DNA of 64,000 nt from Yuukianura sp. NJ FZ-2021 (lineage: Eukaryota): assembly GCA_046563655.1 (NCBI GenBank), contig CM102288.1, positions 5,332,001-5,396,000 on the forward strand, given 5' to 3'. A model generated the notes under the pieces. The model did not search any database. It worked only from the letters and a program-made list of their open reading frames with translations, and was not told the origin of the DNA. Numbering within the stretch: the first letter of the stretch is position 1; each line of letters begins with the position of its first letter. Shown here piece after piece: positions 9,438-22,734 of the stretch. A program made the position numbers and the translations under genes.

Positions 9438-11624
9438 GACAACTGATGCAACTTAATTATAATACTTAATTCACCGAATATGATTTAAATTAGGTAATAA
9501 AATGTTGTATTATATTACGTTGTGTTTAGAAAACAAAGAAAACCACTTCATGGTTTGGCTTTGTCTTTCTGTCCGCTCCTCAGAGTCTATTTTATTTCAG
9601 GAACAATTCAAGGTTTTTGTGTTTTCTATAGAATTAAGATGAATTTACAGTTTTTGGAGATCCAAGAATTTAGTAGTTTTGTGAATAAAGGGCGGCATCT
9701 TTGTAAGAAAAACTCAACTCTGCTTTCTCTTTTTTTAGTGCAAGCGGCTTAACAACGCCGAGTGGAGCGCATTGTCTTTTGTTGCTGAAGATCACGAAGT
9801 TATAAATTTCAAAATGTTGGCTTATAACAAGTTCCTGGATAATTTTCTCAAACGTTTACGGTTTTATCCATTCGTGATTAGCTTTAACTATGGAATTTAA
9901 ATTGTCATCGTGGAACCCACCAACTAACTTCTGTAAGTTCCATTGTTACGTTTGTAGCATTTTGTGAGCAGAATTGCCAAAAAGTTTCCTTAAAATGTTT
10001 ATTCATGACTCAGGTTCTTTCTTTCCTGTATTTATCTGTCTCCCAAATTTGAAACCCAGGAACTTCCGAAGCGTAAAATTAGTCGGAGAAAAGTCAAAGG
10101 AACGAAGTGAAAGTTAATTCCTCACTTTCTCCTGTCTTCACTTTTAAGTTTACTAAGGATCTTACCTGCATTCTTCATTACAATTCTCTCATTTGATCCT
10201 CCTTCTGCTCCAGAGAACTTTCTCAAGGAACAAAACGAACAAAATTACATCACTTTTCTTCCTACGTCGAACAGTTTTTGACTTTCACAAACGAACTCTC
10301 TCTTCCAGAAACCTGAACCCCATGTGCTCCGAATTCCAAAAACATTTTCAAACAAATCAACCAAATTTAAAACCACTCATGTATGCATCGCCATGCCCAA
10401 TTCTCAAACTTAAACCTTTTAATCCAACTAACGAATGGGAGCTTTGAATGCTGAACCAAGTTTTAGTCTCCATAATATAGTCATTAAGAAACATAAAGTT
10501 CAACGTTTTAATTGCATAACCAATTACATAAACCTCACGTACATGACAAAAAATCAAGCTGTCGGTAAGTAGTTCAACTTTATAACGCCACATAACCTGA
10601 TCGCTAAATATTTAGGTCGCCGTCTGCACTGTCCATAAAATGTAAAAACATAAATTACTTCTAGTCGTTTTTCCATTTCTACAAATTGGACCTCTTTGAA
10701 ATTAGAGCCAAAAGTTATTAGCCTTGACTCCTGGTTGTCCTCTCCTGCACATTAACGTTATGTTTAAATATGTAATAAACCTACTGACAAAAAAAAGTTC
10801 TTTGCATCACTCTCGTCGTCACATTTTTATGAAAGTCGTAACTCGCTCTTTCTCTTTTTGAAAACATTAAAACCTTTTTGAGACTCAGAACTTGGAGAAA
10901 GTGGGACTTTGATTCCCGTTTTTTCCAGCGATCAAAGTCACCATTGACGACTGTAGGATGGAGATGCGGAAAAGTGGGAAATGGGAAAAGAGGAAATAGA
11001 AATGGGGAAATGGAAAAGGAAAGTGTGATCTCACTTGACTTAATGTTGCCTAATGCTTTCTCCACTTTCACTTATCATTTCCCATCATTACATGAGACAT
11101 GAATTCCATTTCAGCCCTCAACCACACCAAGTCAATCTTCCTTCTGCATCTCTGACCTTTAGTCTAGCTCTCTTCCATTGACTTTCTTCAACGGGTCACG
11201 ACGTTTCGACTTTTTACTCTTCACTCTCTTCGTTTTCAAAAATTTACTTTCTCTTTCGAAACCTAACCTAATCCCAGTTTCGGCGAATCTAGAAAAGCTT
11301 TTTCCAACACTTTGGGAATGTTCCATCTGCTTCCCAGCTCAGCGTCTAGTGCTTTTGTCAATTTAAAAAAAATTGAAAAGTGAAAGTATTGATTTCTAGT
11401 TGACAAAATATTTCAACAACGAGAAAAAACGTTTCCGCTTTGATGGAATGTGAAGCTATCAAATAGAGAACACAAAAGGAAATTGACTTTCCTCAGATTT
11501 TGTAGTTTTCACAATGTTCTAGAAAAGAATCAAATTCTAGTTAGCAGGGTCATTAAACTTGATTTTACGGGTGTTGGTCGTGATTTTCAAAAAAAAAAAA
11601 GAAAAACAAGTTCTGAAAGGAAGT

Positions 11625-11927
11625 CAAGGTTCCTTGACAACCGAATTATATTTCCTACAACAGGTTGTCCAACAACCCACAGTTTCCAACAAATTTTTAC
11701 TTCAAACAAATTTCTGCACCAGCTTTGCTTATTTTCTTTTTTCTCCAATTTTTTTTTTCACTTTGGACACTAAATTGCATAGGAATAAACAAAAAGTTAA
11801 AAATGTCTTAAGAGATGAAGTGAAGTTCAATCGGTTTCTTCTGTGAAAATTTTTACACAAAATCGAAAAACCGGAGTTATTGGACAACCTGCTGTAGAAT
11901 AAACATTTTCGTTGTTTACGAATCTTG
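11625..11927. mobile_element. MITE-like element, family with CAAGGTTCCTTGACAAC ends (copy 1, divergent interior)
   Basis: Starts CAAGGTTCCTTGACAAC...CAACAGGTTGTCCAA and ends TTGGACAACCTGCTG...GTTGTTTACGAATCTTG, an imperfect ~50-bp inverted repeat. The same terminus occurs at 24177 and 35477. Confidence 0.65.
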
Positions 11928-13004
11928 GGGAAGGTTGTTCCAAACGGGATTTTTTTTTGTACAAAATGGGCTCAAGGATACAGCAGCCTTTGTTAGCGTT
12001 AGGTTTAGGTTAAGGGGACATTGAGCGGTAGTTGTGCAGCAGTAAATAAGGAAATTGGTTTTACTTGGAATAATAGGGACATAAACTGTCTCAGGAGAAA
12101 TAAAAGCCTGTCCATAAAATGGAACTTCTACCTTAACTCCAACAAAAAACAAAAGGGGAACACAGGAAGTGTGTTTTAAGCTTAAATGTGGATCATTTCC
12201 AAACAACTTTCACCACTTTCTTTTCTTTCTCCTCACAGTTTCAGTTATAGCACAAAAAGTTTTGCTGAAAAGACGTAAAACCTTTAAGAAAATGAACTTT
12301 TTGAAGAAAAATTTTTCCAAATATGAGTAGACATTTAGACTCAAACTTTCACTCAATTTGGACATTTATGGGTTTTGACAATGGATTCACCAATAGTGAA
12401 GGTGTTTTTGACAAACTTTTTTGGAATAAAAACATGAAAAACTGGAGTTTTTTTTACGTCTGTTATACTAAAAAATGACAGTTTTTTTGTCGTAAACTTT
12501 AGAAATACTGAATAACAAAAAATATTGAGCTCCAAATATTTTTTAAACAACAGCGTTTCGTTCTGCCAAACCTTAAAAATTGAAACATTCAAAACACTTT
12601 TGTTTTTGAAAAGAAAATTAGGCCATGTTATGTTTTGAAGAAAGGTTTGGCTAGGCTGCTTAACATTTTTTTTTCGGAATGAGTCAAGGCTACAACCTGT
12701 TTAAAAGTTGAGAACTGGGGCTCCGGCGTTGACCTTGACCTTGGCTTTCAAAAAAAATTTCAAATTCAAAGGGAATGGGAATGTTTTAGGTACGTAAGCT
12801 TGTCCTGAGCCTTAACCTTAGATGCTACCTGTTTAGTTTCTAAGGGCAAGATGAATTTTTTTGAGTCAACAAAGCCAAGGGACTGGAGAGAGATATGGAG
12901 CGATTTACAATTGGAGATCCAGGCACATTCGTCTATTTGACTTGGTGACATACGCTCCAAAGAACGAAAGGGAACTGCATAACCTAATGGTAGACGTTAC
13001 TAAA

Positions 13005-14238
13005 ATGGCACAACCTGGAAAAATAAGGGAATTACGATTGGGGACTTATTTGCTGCTGCTCGTTGCTCTGCAAACTGCTGAAACTGTTGCAGAATTTAGT
13101 GGAATTGGCAACTTCCCTCGAGGGAACACACAACCACAAGTCGAAACGGTAAAACACAACAAAGTTAAATGTTGACAAAGTGAATATGAGTTCGATTGAG
13201 CTGTTTTGTAATACTTTTTGTATTTGTTTGAGTAGGATTTTGCTTATTTATATTTATTTTGTTTACGTTTGTCATGATATGTGCTTGTGCTGACTCGTTC
13301 TTATGTTTAGATTTTCAATGCTCAAAAATCTCGACACCTTTTGGATGAAATTCACTTTGATGTTCACAGCGTTTTGAGAGATAGGCATCAGCGAGGCTTG
13401 GAAGACTACAAGGTTAGTAGTTTCCAGTAAAGTAAACTCAAAGGTTTGTTTTTTTTTGTTGAAAAATTTAAAAATTTTGAACTTTATTAACTTTCTTTTT
13501 AAAACAAAAATTCAGGCGTGTAAAACTGAGCATGCAGCGGATACCGGCCTTTCTAAAGTTTCCACTTGCTTGGAAGCTCTGTTTGGCGGAAGTTCGGGTT
13601 CATCCGGGGATCAGCAAACAGCTTCGAACGTTGCAATTGGCTCAGGAACTTACGGTAACCAAAACCCAGTAGGTCAAGGTGTTGGGTACAACGGAATGGG
13701 TCAATTGCCGGGTCAAGGTCTACAGGGTCAATTCCAACAATACCCGTCTCAATTTGGACAACAAGGTCAATACCCGTTTCAGCAGGGTCAGCAAAGTCAA
13801 TACCCGTTTCAGCAGGGTCAGCAAGGCCAATTTCAGCAGTACCCTTACCAACAAGGACAGCAGGGGTCATTCCTGGATCAGCAGTATGGAAACCCAAATT
13901 GGCAGTATGGGCTGCAGGGTGAGGCCAATGGAGGGTACCCGTTTGGAAATAGCGCGGCCAACAATGGAGGGTACCAGTACCCAGGATTCAGCACAATGGG
14001 TCAACAAGGTCAACAACTGACCAATATGGGTCAAGGTCAACTGAGTAATATGAGTCAACAGGGTCAGTTTGGTTCAATGGGCCAATCACCATATCTCTCT
14101 CAGCTGTACAGCAGACTTCCCATTGGCCAGCAGACTGCTGCGCTGGGAGCTGGTACTGGATATCCCAGCAAGAGATCGGTTGTTTCCAAAAGCAAACCCG
14201 TGTACCTCCTGAAGTCAACGAAACCGGTTGTAGTTTGA
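13005..14238 (+). CDS. Secreted Gln/Gly/Tyr-rich low-complexity protein, about 322 aa, 3 exons
   Basis: Exons 13005-13148 (hydrophobic LGTYLLLLVAL), 13311-13412 and 13516-14238 join in phase 0. Repeats QQGQYPF / QQGQQSQYPF, one Cys pair, possible processing sites RHQR and KR. AATAAA at 14521. Confidence 0.75.
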
Positions 14239-14727
14239 AATTTGTATTTGCTAACTTTGAAGTTTTGAAATTTTTGGTTTTCAGTTATGAAATTATAGAA
14301 TTTCTAATTCTTTGTTTCCAATTATTCTAAGATCGAAATTCATCGTTTCCAATTACTCTAAGATTGAAATTCATCGTTCTAAATAATCCTACAATTTTGG
14401 AATTTTACGTTTTCAGCTTATTTCACAAATGTTGAAATTCACTCTTTTGAATAATTTAGCAACGCTTCCAGTTTTTGAATTGAAAAATAAACTGAAATAC
14501 TGAAAGTGAAAGAGCCCAAAAATAAATTTTGGAGCCAGAGTCAGTCAACTGGATAGGAAAGGAAAGCTCCGTTAGAACAAACGGCTTTTTCTGAAAATAC
14601 ACTCACGAAAATGTTTAAAATTCAAAATGAAACATGTCACAAGTCATTTCGAAGAAAGTTTAGTTAGACTCTGCGTTGCCTTCTTCAAAGTTCAGTTGAT
14701 TGCATTTGAGCAACGCTTCTAACAAAA

Positions 14728-15009
14728 ATGAAAAGTTTCAGTTCCAAAAGATTTCTTACGCAATTCTCAATTGTGGCCGTCTTTGTTTTATTCACAGTTG
14801 ACACAACTTCTGCTGTCGTGGTATGTTTTTTAAATTTAAGTATTTAGGATTAAACACAACTTAATCTTGACTTATAAATTTAACTTTGCAATTTATGTAC
14901 GCAGTGTCCCTTAACAGGAAAGATAGAATGTAATCGTTTGTTGGGACTAACTGGCGGGTGTCCTCTTGGAAAGCTTTGTTCAGTTGCTAACTGTTGCGAA
15001 ACATTGTAA
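14728..15009 (+). CDS. Small secreted six-cysteine peptide, 65 aa, 2 exons (absent from the ORF track)
   Basis: Exon 1 (14728-14820) MKSFSSKRFLTQFSIVAVFVLFTVDTTSAVV is signal-like with an AAAATG context. Intron 14821-14904 is GTATGT...GCAG. Exon 2 (14905-15009) is CPLTGKIECNRLLGLTGGCPLGKLCSVANCCETL*. Confidence 0.8.
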
Positions 15010-17452
15010 ATTTTATAAACATGAATCGCTTTAAAAAAAAATATAATTAGCGTTTTCACGATAATTTTTTTGAAATCTTTGTCTATATCTAGGTTGGAGT
15101 CAATTTTACTCAGAAATGAACTTCAAGCACCTCCGACTTTATCCAAAGCAACTTCACCCGAAATTTTAGAAAAACCAATAGATGAAAATATGGAAGTGAA
15201 ATCACATATCCCAATTCCTTCACCATTGGAATTTGTGAGTGTCAATCTCGCGTTCACTGTATGTCAAAATGCAACTTGCGTTTCGCACACAGATAAAAAG
15301 TAAGAAAAACCGCCAATTTTTGAAACTCAATTTTGTTTCTGACATGGTTTCAAATTTCACCTTTGACTCCAAAGTTTTCTGAAATTCTTTTTTGAGTTTC
15401 CTTAAATTTCTTAAAAAATGCTTTTATTTCTTTCACTTTCAGGCAGCCAGAGTCAACAGTTGCGGAATAAGGATCTGAAATATTTTCATAAAATATAAAA
15501 TTACTATAAAATAGTTTTGTATTAATTTATTTTATACTTTATACACAAACTAACTATAAATAGTATAAAAATTTAGGTTTTCTTTCTCACCTGTTTGGTT
15601 TTGTTTTAAAATAAATGACGCAATAAATATTAAGAAAAACTCAAGACAAAGAACTCCACAAAACAAAGAAGTATTTTTTCCCAAGCTCTAGGGAATTTTT
15701 CTCGTTTTTGGAACAAAAGAACGGATTTTTTCTCGCTCTTATTTTGGTTTGGTTTAGGTAAGAAAGTTAGGTTAGAACAAAAAACAAAGAAGCGGAAAAA
15801 AGTAGGATTTGATTTATTTATATCCCACTAAATTTGAACTTATCTCCCCCACTGCTTTTCTCCTAGAAGGATTTTGATTAGTTAACTTTGATTCTAAAGT
15901 TCTTGGTCCTTATTATCCTGCACTACTAACTTCAACATGTGAACCTCCAGCGCTAAACTCAAACTCTCATATCAACTTTCGCAACTCACAAACTTTTTTT
16001 ATCAGGGAGAGAAAGTTTGGGCAGGAGAGAGTAACGAATTTTGAAAATCAGGTTCATCTGTGTTACGCAGAGAAGAGTTGTGCACAGGAATGGAGCTGGT
16101 AGTGTACAGATCTATTGGTTAAGGTATAGAAGTCTAATTGCACTTGACAGGTAGCAAGAAAGCTACTAATTGGATTTACACCTTCTCCACTAATTAAGTG
16201 ACTTGGGATGAGTTCGTCTGCGTCTAAAACAACTAAAATGTGTAAGCGCTGTTCACAAGTAGCGACAGCTCAATCAGGTTTGTAAAGGAAAAGCTTCTAT
16301 GTCAAATCATTCACCTGACATTTTCTGGTTGAATGTCATAAACTAATTCTACTAGAAAACTATTTGCTGCTCATTTTTTAATTTGCCGTTCAGATGTACC
16401 GAGAACATAAAATTGAACGTGAAAATTTAGCCACTCCGAGTCAAAATCTACACGGATTTGTTAATTTCAGATCTCGAGGATTTGCAGTGTAAAAGTAGAG
16501 TAAGATTTTTTTCTAGTTTTATTTAAATGATTAAAGCAGGCAGACAGACAGACAGACAAAGAGAAGGAATTTTACAACTAAAGTTCCTTGAGTACACGGA
16601 AGCTAAAATCGACTTTATTTAAATCTCACTTAAACAAGTGTTCTTCAAAAACTTGTTTGAAATGTAGGTTTTCAGTTTTGAAATTTGATAGCGTTAGATT
16701 TTAGGTTCCATTGAAACCTGATTCAGCAGAACTTCATTTAGACTAAGCGAACGTGAAAATTATCAAAGGATCTGCTCTCATAATGAGATAAATTAATTTC
16801 CAAAACGCTCTTAATGAAATGAAATCCACAGTTCAGTACGCTTTTTCCATTTCTGCTTTTTCCAAAATTTCAAACCTTCCCTCCTAACTGGTGACAAAAG
16901 GCCCAGATTTCGGAATCTCTAAACTCTCATTATTAATTAACAAAAACGAGACCCCGCGAAACTTAAAAGTTTTCAGAACAAAAACTTTTTCCTTTCGTTG
17001 TTTAATAATTTCTCGGATTCATAGAATATCCTCCTTTAAAATTTTGAAACCAAGTTTCAATTTTGCTTCAGTTCTTTTATAGCTTCGAGCCACAAATTGG
17101 AACCGTTTTGGAATCGTACCAACTTTTTCAGAAAATTTAAAAACTTCCCGCCCTAAAAATTTCCGGTGAACACTCGAATTTTAATGAGAAGTTTGAAACG
17201 TAAACTTGATCTTTCCCAATTCCCGCTCCTGTTCCATATTTAATTCAAATTAAACATTTTTCAAAAAGTTTTTCAAAAGAGAAGTTCAAAATCCAAAGTT
17301 GTTGAAAAGATTTTTTTGAACTGAGCCACTCCATGCTCTATCAACGACTTTGATGTAAGTGGATTAAAGATTTTTTGCTGAATTTTTTTCCGAAATGGAA
17401 AAAAGTGAAAGTAAAAGTACATATTTTCAGCGGTTCAAAAAAGCGGGAAAGT

Positions 17453-18010
17453 TTAATTTTGAAAACAAACACAGTATTTCATGAGTCGTTGATCTGGTCT
17501 AATTTTCTTTTGATGTTTGTCGACACAAACGAATGGAACGAAAGAGCTGTTGGACAGGCTGGATGGATTAGGCTCAACTTTTTCAAAAGCAGAGTCAAAA
17601 GTACAGAAACGACTTCGAAGGTGACAGTTGACCATTTCATGGTAGTCGTAGCTCAGTGGCTTTTTGCAACTCGGTGGAGGAATTACCGTTGGAGGGCACA
17701 CACAAAGTCCCGTTATGGAACACTTTCCGTGCCCTCCAGGGCCCCCTCCCTTCGATCCGCACATTTGAGTGCACCAGAACATGGGTTTCTGTCGACAGTG
17801 TTGCCAGTCGCCACCTTCCAGCATTCTCTGTAAAACCAGAAATCAACAACGGTTTTCAAATTTTTGATACCTTTTATGAGTTTTTCGATTTTAGATTTCA
17901 GATTTTGTAGATTTTGAGAAAAGTAGTTTCAAAAATAGGCTTACAGCATACAATAAGACGACGACGAGGAAAACAACGTTGGATTTGGTGAAATACTTTC
18001 CAGAAATCAT
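17453..18010 (-). CDS. Secreted defensin-like (CS-alpha-beta motif) protein with a second six-Cys domain, about 146 aa, 2 coding exons
   Basis: Exon 18010-17945 MISGKYFTKSNVVFLVVVLLYA, intron GTAAG...TTTACAG (17944-17828), exon 17827-17453. First domain CRQKPMFWCTQMCGSKGGGPGGHGKCSITGLCVC has spacing C-x7-C-x3-C-x12-C-x5-C-x-C. A strong donor AAG|GTGAGT near 18320 suggests a 5'UTR exon. Confidence 0.75.
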
Positions 18011-20799
18011 GGGACTGCGACAGGTCACGGGGTCAACCTGACCACCATTGTCCGAAAGTATGATTTAGTAGAAAGTTAGGTTATGTTAACCTAAGTTTAC
18101 AGCAGTTGGAAAGGCAGACTTTGGTTTTAAGTTGATTAAAAGTGAAAGTTAAGTTACACTGGAATGGAAGACTTATGGCCGGAGCCCAAAAACCCAAATG
18201 ACAAAGTGCTACGGGTAGTTTGGAACAGTTAATCAAAACCATAAATTTCAATTGTCATAAAAATCTATTGTTATCATCTTTCTATTGAAAAGCAAATGAA
18301 AAGAAAAGAGTAGTGACTCACCTTATCTAGCTTGGAATTTGGCAATCTGCCTTCCAAAAATCCATTTAAAGGTAATAGGGTGTAGAAGGAATGGAAACCG
18401 CAGGAATTCGTGAAGCACACGGCTGGATCAGCGTTAGGTCAATTACATTATACCATTAAATTAGGCCAGTCTCAGTGCCATTACATATCAGCAGAATTTA
18501 ATTAGCAAAAGAATGACAAAATATAATATGTTGTCCATGTATAAAAACAAACTACATTGCTTTTTTAATTCTTAGTGCTCGTTATTTGAAAAAGTAAAAA
18601 ATCTCCTGAACATATCTGAAGGACTTGAATTGAATTTTGATAAAAAGAGAATCACTTTTGATGGAGTTGAATTTTTAAAATTGAATTTTCAAAAGTGAGC
18701 TAGTCAAGTCAAAACCACTAGAAAAAGAAGGTGACATGAAAAGTAAAAACTCCTGTCAAAGATAAAAAAAAATTTTTTTTTTTTGAAAATCCAAGCGTAG
18801 GAAGTTAGAAACTTAGGTTAAAGGTGACCATAACTTTCGCAATTAGAATTAAAGAATTTTAGTCTCTTTTGAACAAACTGTTTGACACTCCTCCAATTAT
18901 AATTTTTCAACTTTCTTCACTTTCTCTCGATCCAGTAACTCCAAGATCCAAAAAAGTGTCACAACTTTTTTTTACAGTTAGAACTTCGTTGCAAAAAGTT
19001 TAAGTCCACGTGAGCTCTTCACTTTTTCCTAGTCAAGACGCGAGAACGACAGAATTCCAATTTCAATTTGAAAATTACATCCAGTCGGCTTTTTTCACTT
19101 AACTTTTTTTGAAAAAAAAAAAGAAGTCCACCAATTTTTTGTTAAAATAATGTGCTAAGTCCTACTTGCATCTTGGCTTTAAGTGAACTTGATTAGGAGT
19201 TAAGGGGGCAGCGAAAGTGTAGACTCCTATCTCCGCATGATCTCATTCCTGCCTTTCTCCGTGGTCCTTTGGTGCCTATTTCAATCAAAAGAAAATACTT
19301 ACACTTTCTGCTCACTTCCTCCTTGCAATTCCATTGCCCGTGGACGTCCAAATGAAAATCTTTGTCATTCCACGGAATTACTTAGGCAGCACACGTCCAC
19401 AGGAAACGAGAACATGAGGGCCAGAATGCTCAAAGACCAACCGAAAACTGCTTCCTTCCTGTACATTGACGGCTAAACGTCATTGGGTAAACAGAAATTG
19501 GATCAACAACAATCGATTCAGCTACGAATAGGATTACAAATTACAGTAAAACTATTTTTAAATTGGTCAGTTCAAAAAATTCGTTTTTTTTTTTGTAGCG
19601 TAAAATCAAATGTTGTGCTTGTATGAAGTCAGAGTTTGATGACAATATTTTAGTTCCATCGACAAAAAAAAAGTTTAGAGCGAGGTGATGAGTGCCGAAT
19701 TTCAAAAGGAAGACGTCAAAGGAAGTAAGTTTTAGTTTTTGATACCCCGGAGAGGAGCAAAGGTGTGGATGAAAGGAAGAACTTTAGGTGTGAGAGATCA
19801 AGATTCATATCGAAATTCAAAAGTAGTTTTTAGTTATTAGAATTTTTGAAATTTGAATTTTGAGAGGATGAGGGATGACTTGAATTGGTTCCTTTCGTAA
19901 TAATGAATATCAATTCCTTGGGCGTCTATCGAAACAGCAGTAGAGAGGAAGAGAAAGTTGAGAAAAGCAATTTACTAAGTTTTCTCCACACTTCCACTCC
20001 CATGAACCACTTTCTCCATCTTTTTTTTAAGACTCAAAATAAAAAACTCAAAAAGTTACACTCAGAGTTCAAAAGTTCACGAAGCTCAAAATTTCCGCTC
20101 CAGTTCAAAATTCAACTTTCTCAGGGCTTTTAGTCTTTCAGACTTTAGCTACAAACCTTTTCAAAAGATTTCAAAAGTTCTTAAGTATTTCCTAAATATT
20201 TTGCTCTCTTTTTACTTTTCTTCCTAAAAGCCCATTTTGTTGCCCATCAACATTTTTTTTCAAGTTAAATAAGGCTAAGCTGCGTGTTTGATTTTTCTAA
20301 CATAGTATTTTTTTTTTGAGTTTTTGAAAAGAAATCCGAAAAGTCATTTCAGATGTGTTCTTTTTTTCAAAATGGAGAATGTGTACCTTCTACCTGTGTT
20401 TGAAATGAGAAAATATTGGATATTTCCCGAGTCTTTGCTCGCCATATTGTCCTGAATAGTTGAAATTCCAGACGGATCTTAGGAATTGGGGTAAGATGAC
20501 TGGGAAATTGGAATGTTGCGGAGGAACAGAGGGAGATTGATTCATTTGATTTGATTTCCCCAGAATCGCATTGGAGATCAAGTCATAAATTCCCATGACA
20601 CTCTCCACATGTCACATGTCAAGGGTCCTCAAGTACCCCTTCTGTGCTGGACGTGCCTTAGAAACAGGTGCCTCGAATGGATACGCTTTCTCCAGTACTG
20701 CTGCAATGGATCTTACTATAACACTGTAACTGCTGGAACTTGTGCTTTCTACAACTCCAACGAATCATGCCATTATTCTAGCGTAATAATTTAAACGCC

Positions 20800-21360
20800 A
20801 AAAACCTAAACAAAAAAATCTAAGCAAGTGAAAAATTGTTTGCAAGTTAAAACTAAAGTAAGCTTAAGAATTTTATAACAAAATCGAAGCAATGGGAATC
20901 TGAGCAGAGGAGAAATCTAAATACAAAGCTCTAAGCACGAAAAATCTACGGAATAAAAATTACGCAAGCTAAAACATCAACAAGCTTAAAACCAAAGGAA
21001 ACTAAGTTTTAAGAATGCAAGTCAAGATAAGAACAACTGCACTTTCAGTTAATTAAGCACGAATAAAAACTTTAACAGGCTTGGAGAAAGTGGAAGCTCT
21101 ATTACGCCTGAAAGTCTAAGCAAGAAAAAATAAGCATCAATAATAATCAAAGCAATTAACTAAGCACCAAAAATATAAGCAACCAAATTCCACAGAAGGC
21201 GAAAAATCTCCAAAAGCAGTTATATCTTTAGGTTGCCTACAGTAGTAACTCATCTTTTGCAAAATAAATGTAACACAAAAGCATCAAAATTTGCTTAGAA
21301 ATTAGACTGCTTAGGTTTTAGTTGCCTAGATATTTTGTGTATAGGTAATTTGCGCGGAGA
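20800..21360. repeat. Degenerate foldback-like repeat built of AAATCTAAGCA subunits
   Basis: Many (C)TAAGCA-type units on the plus strand from about 20810 to 21180, and inverted TGCTTAG-type units from about 21290 to 21360. No ORF. Confidence 0.4.
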
Positions 21361-22734
21361 TTGTGCATGTTGTGAACCCCGGACGTGTGGATGAGAAATC
21401 AGGGGCGTATCCTTGCAGAGTCGCCTCAACTTGAATAAAATATTAACCATGTTTTTGGTTGAAAGGAATTCTGGTTGAAAAGAAAGGAGTTCCGTCTCCA
21501 GAATTGTGATCTCCGATTCCTCTGGGTTCTTTTCCGTCCTAAGATGGATGATTTGGAAATATCTTATTTTGACAGCAGATACTTCTAAACCTAACGTAGC
21601 CTAACGTTAACCTAAACGGAACGTGAGAAAACTTTGGTTGACGGAGGACTGTGTGATACATGATAAACAGCCAGCAAAAAGTTCTCATCTCTGCGACGAA
21701 ACTCTTCAACTACAAGTTTCTCCAACTCCAAAATCCTGAACTAGTTCCGGAAAAAGCCTGAAAAAATATATACATTTTTTCAAGGTTTTTTAATACTTTA
21801 CACTGCACTTTTTTTGAGTTCAAGAAACAGTTTTTCATTTAGTATTCAGATTTTAAATTTGAATTTACAAAGCTCAAGCTGCCGAGGGCTTTTCGTTTGA
21901 TCTGACAGGCTACATTTTGTTTTTTTGTTTTTTTTTTTTTAAATATTTTTGAAATTTGAATTTGTGTTAAGTATTTCCGTTATGAGCTTTTTGTAAACTC
22001 GCTCTGTACACTACAGTCATTAGAGAAATGGTCTCATCAGTTCGTTCGTTCCAATAAAATCCTGGTGTGTTCATGGAAACTCCGTTCCTAATGTTCTCAC
22101 GTTCCTCCACTGACTCATTTTCACTCCTTTCTCCATGCTCTCCTGTCACCACATGACCATCCAGTCTACAAGTCAACGTAGTCGGTCCAAATCCTAAGTT
22201 AGGATAGTCTAATGCTACCTGAACTGAACTTTGCCAGGAAAGAAGGAATAGGTCAAAGGTCATCAAAAAAGAAGTCTGGACAGGAACGTGTGCTGGACAG
22301 GTCAGAGAGACAGAGTTGATCGTAGTGTTATTTGGCGTGTTGGAGTGAAATTAATAGTGAGAGAGACTGTTTTGAGGTTGGCGGGAGAAATTGATTGAAG
22401 TTGGAGTGGGACAGGGGACATGGATTACAATTTCGTTTGGCACTGTCTCTCGTGTGATTAATTGTTTTCCGCCACCTTCACTTTCTCTCTAACCTAACCT
22501 CTATGCTATAAAAGCGTAAGCTTCGTCTTAACATTTTGACACCTTAAAAGTTTTTCTAAAAGCTTAGCAACTTATACTTTGAAAACTTTTTCCTGAGGGA
22601 CGTCTTTCGTAAAAAGAGATTTTGGAAGTTTAAAATCAAGAAGTTTTTTGTTTTTGGATTTATTTGATTTCTTAGCAACATATAATAATTAATTGTTTAA
22701 ATTTTATGTTTTATTTATATTATTTTAATCCTTT

